Source of the DNA: an uncultured Bacilli bacterium
GTDB taxonomy: Bacteria; Bacillota_I; Bacilli_A; RF39; UBA660
Direction: 5' to 3'
NCBI GenBank assembly: GCA_947628725.1
Contig: CANRAQ010000002.1
Location: 1 to 47,938 of the forward strand
Length of the DNA: 47,938 nucleotides
Shown here: in pieces, positions 10,091 through 18,241 of the stretch
How the letters are laid out: each line of letters opens with the position of its first letter
Position numbering within the stretch: position 1 is the first letter of the stretch
Notes under the pieces: generated by a model
Seen by the model: the letters and a program-made list of their open reading frames with translations, nothing else
What the model was told of the DNA's origin: nothing
Database searches by the model: none
Position numbers and translations under genes: made by a program

Positions 10091-10843
10091 TTAGTTATCT
10101 TCATTTATTTCAAAATTTAATAATTCACGACAAGTTTTTTCATATAAATCTTGTTCATATTTTATAGTATCAATTAAAAACATTTTATCTTTTTCATATT
10201 CTTTTAAACCTCTCATATAATAAGGTTTATCAGTATCTAATACAATAAATGGCATAATGTTATTTTTTAAACATTCTTTAAACATTATTATTCTACCTAC
10301 ACGCCCATTTCCATCTCCAAAAGGATGAATTCTTTCAAATCTAAAATGAAAATCAACTATATCTTCTAGAGTAATACTACTTTTAGAATTATATTCTTTT
10401 AATAATTTTTCTATTTCTTTTTCAACATCATTTGGTGCTGTTGTATTAACAGCATTAACAACACCTATAATATTAGGAACAACTTTAAATCCACCAACAT
10501 TATATCTAGGATTTTCTTCATCACTAGTATTTCTTTTTAATATCTTATTCATTTCAATTATCATATCTTTAGTTAAGAGTTCATCTACATTATCTAGCAT
10601 ATAATCAAATAGTTTAAAATGATTTTTAGACTCAATTAAATCATCTAATTTAATTAAATCATCACTTTTTGTGACAAAAGAAGATGTATCAAATATTGCC
10701 TCAGTCTGTTCACTAGTTAATCTACTACCTTCGATTTTATTTGAATTATACGAAAAATTAACTTGTGAATAATGATATATATTACCTTTAAATTTAGATT
10801 GTTTTTGCTTAATTAATTCATTTTTTATTTTATTTATATTCAT
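10091..10843 (-). CDS. Fic/DOC family protein (AMPylase-type)
   Basis: HPFGDGNGRVGR Fic motif. The N-terminal SNKIEG matches the [ST]xxxE[GN] auto-inhibitory motif. Confidence 0.85.
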   Translation of the reverse strand: MNINKIKNELIKQKQSKFKGNIYHYSQVNFSYNSNKIEGSRLTSEQTEAIFDTSSFVTKSDDLIKLDDLIESKNHFKLFDYMLDNVDELLTKDMIIEMNKILKRNTSDEENPRYNVGGFKVVPNIIGVVNAVNTTAPNDVEKEIEKLLKEYNSKSSITLEDIVDFHFRFERIHPFGDGNGRVGRIIMFKECLKNNIMPFIVLDTDKPYYMRGLKEYEKDKMFLIDTIKYEQDLYEKTCRELLNFEINEDN

Positions 10844-10872
10844 AAATTCACCCTCTTCTAAGTCTTATTGTT

Positions 10873-11310
10873 CTATTTATTATATTCTTTTAAAAATTCT
10901 TCTAATTCTTTTTCATTTGAAAATATTTCTTCAAAAATATTATATAGTGTATCTGTTGCTTCATACTCTCCTATTGCATAACATTTTTTACCTAACCCAT
11001 ATGCAATTCCTGATTCAATATGTGCTGCCTTACCTGCAGGTAAAACAAGTAGTAAATTTTTTGAATTTTTTTCTCCTTCTAAATCATTATTAAATAATTT
11101 TAAAACAATATTATTTTTTAATCCTAGTGATTCAAACTCTTTTTGTTTTTCTTCGGGAGTTTGATTTTTGTTTCCATATCCCCAATCATCTTCATTTTTT
11201 AAAAAACAATAATAAGATATTTTGTATTTATCAAATAAATTACATATATTTAAAATATTTTCTTTATTCCTAGCTCTACCGGCTATAAAAAATTCATATT
11301 TATTATTCAT
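10873..11310 (-). CDS. Nucleoside 2-deoxyribosyltransferase-like fold protein
   Basis: 145 aa. FIAGRARNKE near the N-terminus and a HIESGIAYGLGKK Glu-containing motif resemble the NDT/TIR-like Rossmann family. Remote, by eye. Confidence 0.45.
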   Translation of the reverse strand: MNNKYEFFIAGRARNKENILNICNLFDKYKISYYCFLKNEDDWGYGNKNQTPEEKQKEFESLGLKNNIVLKLFNNDLEGEKNSKNLLLVLPAGKAAHIESGIAYGLGKKCYAIGEYEATDTLYNIFEEIFSNEKELEEFLKEYNK

Positions 11311-11370
11311 ATAGATTACCTTTCAAATTAACATTTATTAATTGTTCTTTTTCTATTATATCATAAATTA

Positions 11371-11502
11371 TCACACATGTGGTACTTCATGATAGAATTC
11401 TTTTTCTACACATTTTGTTATTACTGGTTCCATTATTGGTTGTTCCATTTGAGGTGCTTGTTGTCTATTGCATCCTCCACAACAATTTCTATTACAAAAC
11501 AT
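11371..11502 (-). pseudogene. N-terminal segment of the split CotD-family spore coat gene
   Basis: AGGAGG RBS, then MFCNRNCCGGCNRQQAPQMEQPIMEPVITKCVEKEFYHEVPHV*. The stop falls 2 codons after the shared CACAT core. Below the track size cutoff. Confidence 0.6.
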
Positions 11503-11615
11503 AAATACCTCCTATCTAATTTATAATATGAATAATAAATTAAATTGTATGGTTTTATGCACAAAAAAATTATGGTTTTATAATCATAATTTTTCTAATA
11601 TATAAATTGCCTATA

Positions 11616-11933
11616 TTACATACTTAGGTTGTTAAATTCTTCTTTAAGAGTTTGAAATTTAGAATCTATTTTATTTTCTTCTGCTTGTTCTAAAACATAC
11701 CATCCTTTTCTAAACATTAATTCATATACATCTCTTTGAAGTTTAGAATATATTTCAAATGTATTTTTATATTCATTATATAAGTTTTCATTACTAGCTT
11801 CTGTAAGAGCTATAGCATAATTTTTAACTAATTCTTTTAAAGTACTTAATAAAGAATTCATATAGTCTTTATCATTTAATGTTTTCCCAGTAGGTACTTC
11901 AACTTTTGGATTTTTTATTTGATTATTATTCAT
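11616..11933 (-). CDS. Spore coat protein, CotF domain family
   Basis: LNDKDYMNSLLSTLKELVKNYAIALTEASNENL...FRKGWY matches the Coat_F pattern. The ATG at 11933 follows GGAGGT. Confidence 0.7.
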   Translation of the reverse strand: MNNNQIKNPKVEVPTGKTLNDKDYMNSLLSTLKELVKNYAIALTEASNENLYNEYKNTFEIYSKLQRDVYELMFRKGWYVLEQAEENKIDSKFQTLKEEFNNLSM

Positions 11934-12153
11934 TGTTACCTCCATCATTTAAAATATCTAATATTTTTGACATAGTATCAAAAAATGTATTACAAGCACT
12001 TTTTAGCATATCCTTAATCTCACTATCACTTACTTCTTCTACACTATTATTAGTACATTTATATGCACCATAATTCCAGTTAAACATATCACTTAAATAA
12101 TCTAAATCTTTACCACTTATAATGTTTGGTACAACTTGATATTCTATATTCAT
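11926..12153 (-). CDS. Hypothetical small protein co-transcribed with the cotF-like gene
   Basis: 75-aa ORF that overlaps the cotF-like start. No motif recognised. Confidence 0.4.
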   Translation of the reverse strand: MNIEYQVVPNIISGKDLDYLSDMFNWNYGAYKCTNNSVEEVSDSEIKDMLKSACNTFFDTMSKILDILNDGGNNE

Positions 12154-12210
12154 ATTTTCCCTCCAATTTTATATTGTGAATATAGAAAATTTTTATACAA
12201 AATTAAGCAC

Positions 12211-12241
12211 AAAAAAATGATGATCCTGATAAAACCATCAT
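12211..12241 (-). terminator. Intrinsic terminator ending an unannotated ~200-nt transcript or leader
   Basis: Stem atgatg/catcat followed on the minus strand by T7. It lies ~58 nt upstream of the 75-aa ORF. Confidence 0.55.
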
Positions 12242-12400
12242 TTCCGAGTTTAGAAAATTGCATAATTGATTTCTCAACGACTAAATATTATCAGTACTTA
12301 GTGCAATATTCCTACCTAGAAGTTTCTCTCTTCTTACAATTGCAATGTCTAGAGTCGGTAGAAATTACGTAACCGCATTTCCATATCAATATTAAGCAAG
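12211..12400 (-). ncRNA. Candidate structured small RNA or cis-regulatory leader (family not identified)
   Basis: ~360 nt of non-coding sequence bounded by terminators at ~12575-12595 and 12211-12241. G+C is locally higher than the flanks and some complementary segments exist (ctacc...ggtag). No known riboswitch or T-box core recognised. Confidence 0.25.
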
Positions 12401-12568
12401 TACTATTATATAATTTAATATTATATAAAGTTTTTTACTTAATATTTAGAGATAACTAAATATATTTTTATTATAATTAAATGTTATTTTTTACATATAT
12501 AATTATCTTTATTATATAGTATTTAATTATCTATTTTCTCTAAACTAAATTAATTGTAGCAGAAAAGT

Positions 12569-12602
12569 AAAAAATTGTCAATATGTGTATGACAACTTTT
12601 TT
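12569..12602. terminator. Bidirectional hairpin terminator downstream of the ffh/Alg14-like unit
   Basis: Stem ttgtca/tgacaa flanked by A6 upstream and T6 downstream. Confidence 0.5.
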
Positions 12603-12618
12603 ATCTTTTTGAATTAGT

Positions 12619-13086
12619 TTAATAAATCCATCCACCATATATTGCTTTAGGATAAATTTTAAGCATATCTTCCCATTGTACTATAAATGTATCTGCTATA
12701 GGATATACAAGTTTTCCTGCAACTGTCTTTGTCTTACTATTTGCAAATGTTTCAATAAATATTACTTTACTTCTAAAAAGTTTTGCTATATAGCACATTG
12801 GAACTGCAGTATGTGTACCTGTAGTAACTATGACTTTAGGTCTTATTTTTACAAATAATATAAAAGACTTAATAATATTAAACGAAAATTTAAAGAAATA
12901 TGAAAACATATGTAATTTAGTTCCATAAACTAAATAATATACATTTTTATATTTTTTACATAAATCTTTATTAGATTTTGTCTTTTCAGTAACGATATAA
13001 CTATCATATTTTTCAAACAGTGGTTTTAATTGTAATAATTCATTTAAATGCCCACCTGTGCTTGATATAAACAAGACTTTTTTCAT
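12619..13086 (-). CDS. Alg14-like/PssD-Cps14F-type glycosyltransferase membrane-anchor subunit
   Basis: 155 aa. The MKKVLFISSTGGHLNELLQL N-terminus and its size are typical of the Alg14-like half of split GT28-type transferases. No Alg13-like partner is adjacent. Confidence 0.6.
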   Translation of the reverse strand: MKKVLFISSTGGHLNELLQLKPLFEKYDSYIVTEKTKSNKDLCKKYKNVYYLVYGTKLHMFSYFFKFSFNIIKSFILFVKIRPKVIVTTGTHTAVPMCYIAKLFRSKVIFIETFANSKTKTVAGKLVYPIADTFIVQWEDMLKIYPKAIYGGWIY

Positions 13087-13098
13087 ACTTCCTCCATT

Positions 13099-14394
13099 TT
13101 ACATTTTTTGGTACTTTTTAGTATATTTCATAACTTTTTTCATTTGTTCAAATTGATTTAATAATCTATTTACTTCTTCTACACTTCTTGCGCTACCTTT
13201 TGCTATACGTTGTTTTCTAGTAGCTTTTAATATTTCTGGATGTCTTCTTTCATATGGTGTCATAGATAATATTATTGCCTCAATATGTGCCATATCTTTA
13301 GGATCTACTTTTACATTTTTTAATTCTTTAGGTACTCCTGGAATTAATTTTATTAAATTTTCAAGTGGTCCTAATTTTTTTATTTGTCTAAATGTACTTA
13401 AAAAATCTTCCAAATCGAATTTACCTTGCTCCATTCTTTTAGCAGTTTTTTTTGCTTCATCTTCATCAATTGCTTCTTCTGCTTTTTCTATCATTGTCAT
13501 TAAGTCACCCATACCAAGTATTCGAGTGGCCATTCTCTCTGGATAAAATTCATCGAGTCCATCCATTTTTTCACTTGCACCTACAAATTTTATAGGTACA
13601 TTTGTAAGATGTCTTACTGATAGGGCAACTCCACCCCTTGTGTCACCATCAAGTTTAGTTAATATTGCACCAGTAAGTTTTAATTCATTATTAAATCCTT
13701 CTATTACATTTATGGCATCTTGTCCCATCATACTATCTATTACTAATAATATTTCATTAGGACTTACAGATTGATTTATGTCTTTTAATTCATTCATCAA
13801 GTCTTCATCTATATGTAGACGACCAGCTGTATCTATAAGTACATAATTATATTTGTTTTCTTTAGCATATTTAATAGCATTTACTGCTATATCAACTGGA
13901 TTCTTTTTACCTTCAGTATAAACATCTATATTAAGTTCTTTACCTATTGTTTGCAATTGTTCTATTGCAGCGGGTCTATATACATCACAAGCAACAAGTA
14001 ATGGATTTTTCTTGTATTTTTTTCTAAGTAATAATGCAAGTTTCCCTATAGTGGTAGTCTTACCACTTCCTTGAAGTCCTACTAACATAAGTACACTAGG
14101 ATTACCACTTACATAGATATCTTCTTTATTACCTCCAAGAAGATCTACAAGTTCATCTTTTAATATTTTTACGAACTGTTCTCCAGGTTTCAAACTTTTA
14201 GCAACTTCTTCACCTAATGCCTTTTCTTTTACATTATTTATAAATTCTTTTACTACTTTATAGTTTACATCTGCCTCTAAAAGTGCGAGACGTATTTCTC
14301 TTGTTACTTCACTAATATTATCTTCAGTTATTTTTCCATAACCTTTTATTTTATTTATTGCACTTTGTAATCTATCTCCTAAGTTTTCAAACAT
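13099..14394 (-). CDS. ffh: Signal recognition particle protein Ffh
   Basis: GLQGSGKTTT, DTAGR and TKLDGD GTPase motifs, with a Met-rich M domain at the C-terminus. Confidence 0.95.
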   Translation of the reverse strand: MFENLGDRLQSAINKIKGYGKITEDNISEVTREIRLALLEADVNYKVVKEFINNVKEKALGEEVAKSLKPGEQFVKILKDELVDLLGGNKEDIYVSGNPSVLMLVGLQGSGKTTTIGKLALLLRKKYKKNPLLVACDVYRPAAIEQLQTIGKELNIDVYTEGKKNPVDIAVNAIKYAKENKYNYVLIDTAGRLHIDEDLMNELKDINQSVSPNEILLVIDSMMGQDAINVIEGFNNELKLTGAILTKLDGDTRGGVALSVRHLTNVPIKFVGASEKMDGLDEFYPERMATRILGMGDLMTMIEKAEEAIDEDEAKKTAKRMEQGKFDLEDFLSTFRQIKKLGPLENLIKLIPGVPKELKNVKVDPKDMAHIEAIILSMTPYERRHPEILKATRKQRIAKGSARSVEEVNRLLNQFEQMKKVMKYTKKYQKM

Positions 14395-14465
14395 TATATC
14401 ACCTATATAATTATATAATAAAAATAATAGTTTTGTCTATTATTTCTATTATTTATATCATAAAT

Positions 14466-16226
14466 TTATATACTTTTACCTTGCCAAATACCTACAACAT
14501 TAACATTGCTTGAATATGGTTCTGGTTTTGGAAGAGGCATCTTAATTATCATAGGAACTTTAAATGCCCTACCGAATGCTACGCACATACCTGGTTGTAA
14601 ACTTTTTTGTTTTTCCATTATTTCTGCACTCATATTAGGTAACATCTTTTTAATATAATCTAAATCTCTTGGGTGAGTCATCTTAAATATTAAGAAATTA
14701 CTAATTTGAGATATAACTGTTTCAGAAAGTTCAACAGGTCTTTGTGAAACTAAGTTTATAATAAGTCCAAATTTTCTTCCCTCTTTAGCAATTCTCTCAA
14801 ATATATTATATCCTAGTAAGAAGTTATCATTGTCATTTTGTACATATCTATGTGATTCTTCTAATAATATATGAAATGGTATTGAACCCCTTTGTTGTAA
14901 ATGTTTAGTAAAATTAAATAACATTTTTGAATATATTTTAACCATAGTTTTAGCAAGTCTATCGTCAATATCTTCTAGGTTAAAGTTTATTATTTGTGAT
15001 TTTCTATTATTCTTTGCAACTAAACTTGCTATATAATTATTAAGATTTATATATTCTGGATAGTTAAAGAAATCACTATTTTCACTTATTGCGATAGAAT
15101 GAAGTCTAACTTTTAGTGTTATAGCTTCATCATATAATTTGTCATTTCTTAAAAATCCATCACTTATAAGAGTAAAATCTAATGCTTTTTGTAAATGATC
15201 TAAACTAAATGCATGGTCGTTTGGTGCCTCATAATTATCTAAATTTTCATCTATAAAACTAGTTATATATTGAGTTATAAGTACACTTTCTACGAAATCC
15301 CCATCTCTATCTATTAAAAAGCACTCTCTAAATTTTCTTACATAACCAATTCCCTGTATAGGAGCCTCTAAATTAAATTGTTCTGTTTGACATCCAGCAA
15401 TAATAGTAAATATATCATTTCTTTTACTTGATGCTGTTTGATTTGTATAAAGAACATCAAGTATTGCTTTAGCAATCAAGTGATTTTTATATCTTATTGA
15501 CTCTTCATTATCATATGAAATTATTCTTGCTAATTTTATCATTTTTTCTATTATTTGTAATTGTGAATGTCTTTCAGCATTTAATAAAAGAGCAAAATCA
15601 TCAATATCTAATAGCCATAGCGGTATTCTAATTAGTTCTCCATTAGTATCAGTTCTATTTGTAGTATAATATTTGAATTGATAATTAGGATTTATCTCAT
15701 TTATTCTTTCAAATGCATTGTGATATTCACCATATGCATCAAATATGACATAATTTGCCCTATATGGACTAAATTTTTCATCATAGAATAAACTTTGTAT
15801 AAAACTTGCTACACCATATGATTTACCACTACCAGTATTACCAAATATAGCTAAATGGTTACTACAAAGTTCATTTATATCTACATATATAGGTTTATCA
15901 TTATATAATGGACTTACACCTAATTTAAACATACCATCTTTTTCTACACCTGTAATAAGGTTTAATTCTTCTTCAGTTACTAATCTTATATTAGCTTGTA
16001 AAGTTGGCTTTCTAAGTACACCACCTACAAATCTTCCATCTTCAATCGTACCTAAAAAATGTACCTTTATTATATCTTGAGATACATCCTCAACTTCACC
16101 TAATACTTTTCTATCTCCATCCTCAAAAACGACATGCATATTCATTAAATCCATGTTTATTGGAGTCCCATTAGGAATATTTATATGCGCAACGCTATCA
16201 CTAATATACACTATTTTACCAAACAT
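14466..16226 (-). CDS. HerA-like/DUF87 P-loop ATPase
   Basis: N-terminal barrel-like region (GKIVYISDSVAHINIP...), Walker A GNTGSGKSYG and a Walker B-like HILLEESHRY. 586 aa. Confidence 0.6.
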   Translation of the reverse strand: MFGKIVYISDSVAHINIPNGTPINMDLMNMHVVFEDGDRKVLGEVEDVSQDIIKVHFLGTIEDGRFVGGVLRKPTLQANIRLVTEEELNLITGVEKDGMFKLGVSPLYNDKPIYVDINELCSNHLAIFGNTGSGKSYGVASFIQSLFYDEKFSPYRANYVIFDAYGEYHNAFERINEINPNYQFKYYTTNRTDTNGELIRIPLWLLDIDDFALLLNAERHSQLQIIEKMIKLARIISYDNEESIRYKNHLIAKAILDVLYTNQTASSKRNDIFTIIAGCQTEQFNLEAPIQGIGYVRKFRECFLIDRDGDFVESVLITQYITSFIDENLDNYEAPNDHAFSLDHLQKALDFTLISDGFLRNDKLYDEAITLKVRLHSIAISENSDFFNYPEYINLNNYIASLVAKNNRKSQIINFNLEDIDDRLAKTMVKIYSKMLFNFTKHLQQRGSIPFHILLEESHRYVQNDNDNFLLGYNIFERIAKEGRKFGLIINLVSQRPVELSETVISQISNFLIFKMTHPRDLDYIKKMLPNMSAEIMEKQKSLQPGMCVAFGRAFKVPMIIKMPLPKPEPYSSNVNVVGIWQGKSI

Positions 16227-16236
16227 ATTATCACCC

Positions 16237-16518
16237 TCATATTAATTCTTCTATTTCTTCTTTTATTTTTTTATCCACTTTTTCTAATATCTTTTCTATC
16301 TTTTTTCTATTTTTGTAAAGATTTAATTTTTCTTCGTAGTAATCTAATTTTTCTTTAAGTTCTTTTATATTTTTATGTACAGCATTACGACTAACATCAT
16401 TATTATCGGCTATTTCTTGAAGTGTAAGATTATTAAAGTAATAATCTATAAAATATTCTTTTTGTTTATCAGTAAACAAATCTCCATAATAATCAAAAAG
16501 TTCTACATAATAAATCAT
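16237..16518 (-). CDS. ylxM: YlxM/p13-like putative DNA-binding protein (UPF0122), SRP-operon associated
   Basis: FDYYGDLFTDKQKEYFIDYYFNNLTLQEIADNNDVSRNAVHKNIK is the canonical YlxM HTH region. Confidence 0.85.
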   Translation of the reverse strand: MIYYVELFDYYGDLFTDKQKEYFIDYYFNNLTLQEIADNNDVSRNAVHKNIKELKEKLDYYEEKLNLYKNRKKIEKILEKVDKKIKEEIEELI

Positions 16519-16790
16519 TAAAATAAATACTCCGTAATTGTTGTTACAAGTACAAATAAACCGATTATAATATATATTGATGTCATATATTTTTTCTTAT
16601 AAAACTTTGCATTATTATAAGCCATAGAAAACATCGTAAGTGTAATTATACTATAAAATACTGGCATAAATGCACTATTTATCAAACTTATTATAGCAAA
16701 AATTCCTAAAAGTTCTGTCAATATTATTTGAACTAATAAGCCTACATTATCGTTACTATATTCTTTTAGTTCCACTACTTTTACATTCAT
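16518..16790 (-). CDS. Small membrane protein
   Basis: Three predicted hydrophobic helices. The ATG at 16790 (MNVKVVEL) follows AAGGAG; the longer track start would overlap ftsY. Confidence 0.45.
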   Translation of the reverse strand: MNVKVVELKEYSNDNVGLLVQIILTELLGIFAIISLINSAFMPVFYSIITLTMFSMAYNNAKFYKKKYMTSIYIIIGLFVLVTTITEYLF

Positions 16791-16791
16791 A

Positions 16792-17760
16792 CTACATCTC
16801 CTTAAATAGACCATATATGTATTTTTCTATATCAAATACTCTAAGGTCTTCTGCTTTTTCACCTAAGCCGACATATTTTACAGGAATTGCAACATCATCT
16901 TTTATAGCAAGTACTATGCCACCTTTAGCAGTACCATCTAACTTAGTTAAAACTATCCCTGTTATGTTAGTAATTTCTTTAAAACTTTTTGCTTGGCTAA
17001 TACCATTTTGTCCTGTAGTTGCATCTATTACAAGAAGTGTTTCGTGAGGTGCGCCAGGTATAAATTTGCCTATTACTTTGTTCATCTTATCTAATTCATT
17101 CATAAGATTAACTTTATTTTGTAATCTTCCTGCCGTATCTATTAAAACTACATCATAGTTATCATCTATTGCCTTTTTTAATCCATCATAAACTACACTA
17201 GATGGATCTTTAGATTCACTATATATCACATGAGCAGATACTTTTTCTCCCCACTCTTTTAATTGATCTATAGCTCCTGCTCTAAATGTATCTCCAGCAA
17301 CCAGCATTACTTTTTTTCCTTCTTGTTTCAATTTATATGCAAGTTTACCAATAGTAGTTGTTTTGCCTACACCGTTAACTCCTACAAAAAGAATAACTGT
17401 TGGTCCGTTTTCGTTATAATTAATTTTACTTGTTATAATTTGGTTATCTACATAAATTATAAACATTTCATCTATAATTATTTCTTTCAAATCTTCACTA
17501 TCAGTTATGTTTTCATGTTTTACACGATATTTTAATTTATCTATAAAATCCATAACTGTATTTACCCCTATATCTGCCATTATTAATATTTCTTCTAATT
17601 CATCAAAATACTCAGGGCTTACTTTTTTATATTTAGAATTAAGTAGACCAATTTTATTTACGAATTCTTTTCTTGTTTTCTCTAATCCTTTATCAAATGC
17701 TTCTACATCTTCTTTTTCTTCTTTATTAAATAGAGATTTAAATTTGTCAAATAACCTCAT
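16792..17760 (-). CDS. ftsY: Signal recognition particle receptor FtsY
   Basis: GVNGVGKTTTIGKLA, DTAGR and TKLDGTAKGG motifs. Confidence 0.95.
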   Translation of the reverse strand: MRLFDKFKSLFNKEEKEDVEAFDKGLEKTRKEFVNKIGLLNSKYKKVSPEYFDELEEILIMADIGVNTVMDFIDKLKYRVKHENITDSEDLKEIIIDEMFIIYVDNQIITSKINYNENGPTVILFVGVNGVGKTTTIGKLAYKLKQEGKKVMLVAGDTFRAGAIDQLKEWGEKVSAHVIYSESKDPSSVVYDGLKKAIDDNYDVVLIDTAGRLQNKVNLMNELDKMNKVIGKFIPGAPHETLLVIDATTGQNGISQAKSFKEITNITGIVLTKLDGTAKGGIVLAIKDDVAIPVKYVGLGEKAEDLRVFDIEKYIYGLFKEM

Positions 17761-17823
17761 GTTCCCCACCTACTATAAACATTTTACTACATAGATTAAT
17801 TAAAGTCAAAGAAAAAGAACAAA

Positions 17824-18207
17824 CTATTTTAATTTTTTCTGATAATTTTGTTCTTTTTCTAATTTATTTATCAATTCTATTATATCGTTATAATTTAAAA
17901 ATATACTATTTTCTTCACATTCTATCACATCACTTAATGGAATAATGATATTAGAGCTTTTATCAATATTAGAATTTGTTAATATTTTTGATCCATCCAT
18001 TATATTATAATAACTTGTTTTAATTCTAGTATCATTATCATCTACATCTATATAATCTATATTTTTTCTAGCAACATAAAATTTGTTTTCATGTACTACT
18101 ATATAATAATTGCAATTAAAGGATACTTCTATTACTCCATTCAAATTATCTTCAAATGTTTGATCATTTATAAGTTTATTTTTATCTTTAATCATAAACA
18201 TCACCAA
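17824..18207 (-). CDS. Hypothetical protein
   Basis: ORF of ~125 aa with no recognised motif. Confidence 0.4.
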   Translation of the reverse strand: MVMFMIKDKNKLINDQTFEDNLNGVIEVSFNCNYYIVVHENKFYVARKNIDYIDVDDNDTRIKTSYYNIMDGSKILTNSNIDKSSNIIIPLSDVIECEENSIFLNYNDIIELINKLEKEQNYQKKLK

Positions 18208-18241
18208 ACTATATTATATAGATTTTTATTTTAATGTCAAA

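Larger units (their letters stand above)
7557..11381 (-). mobile_element. ~3.8-kb serine-recombinase intervening element inserted in the cotD-like gene (skin-like)
   Basis: An identical 5-bp core ATGTG (+ strand) occurs at 7557-7561 and 11377-11381. On the coding strand both cores contain an in-frame CAT codon. Cargo: mazEF, a large serine recombinase, a small ORF, Fic and an NDT-like gene. Confidence 0.6.

Noticed and set aside
12136-12372. 78-aa + strand ORF in the coat-operon upstream region
   Set aside because: It has no RBS, its composition is odd, it overlaps the start of the minus-strand 75-aa gene, and it spans a terminator hairpin.
12160-12420. SRP RNA (given ffh nearby), a T-box leader, or a known riboswitch
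   Set aside because: I could not find the SRP domain IV consensus (…GGUCCGGAAGGAAGCAGC…-like), the T-box 'GGTGGTACCGCG'-type sequence, or c-di-GMP, c-di-AMP or other riboswitch cores. It is kept only as an unclassified candidate.
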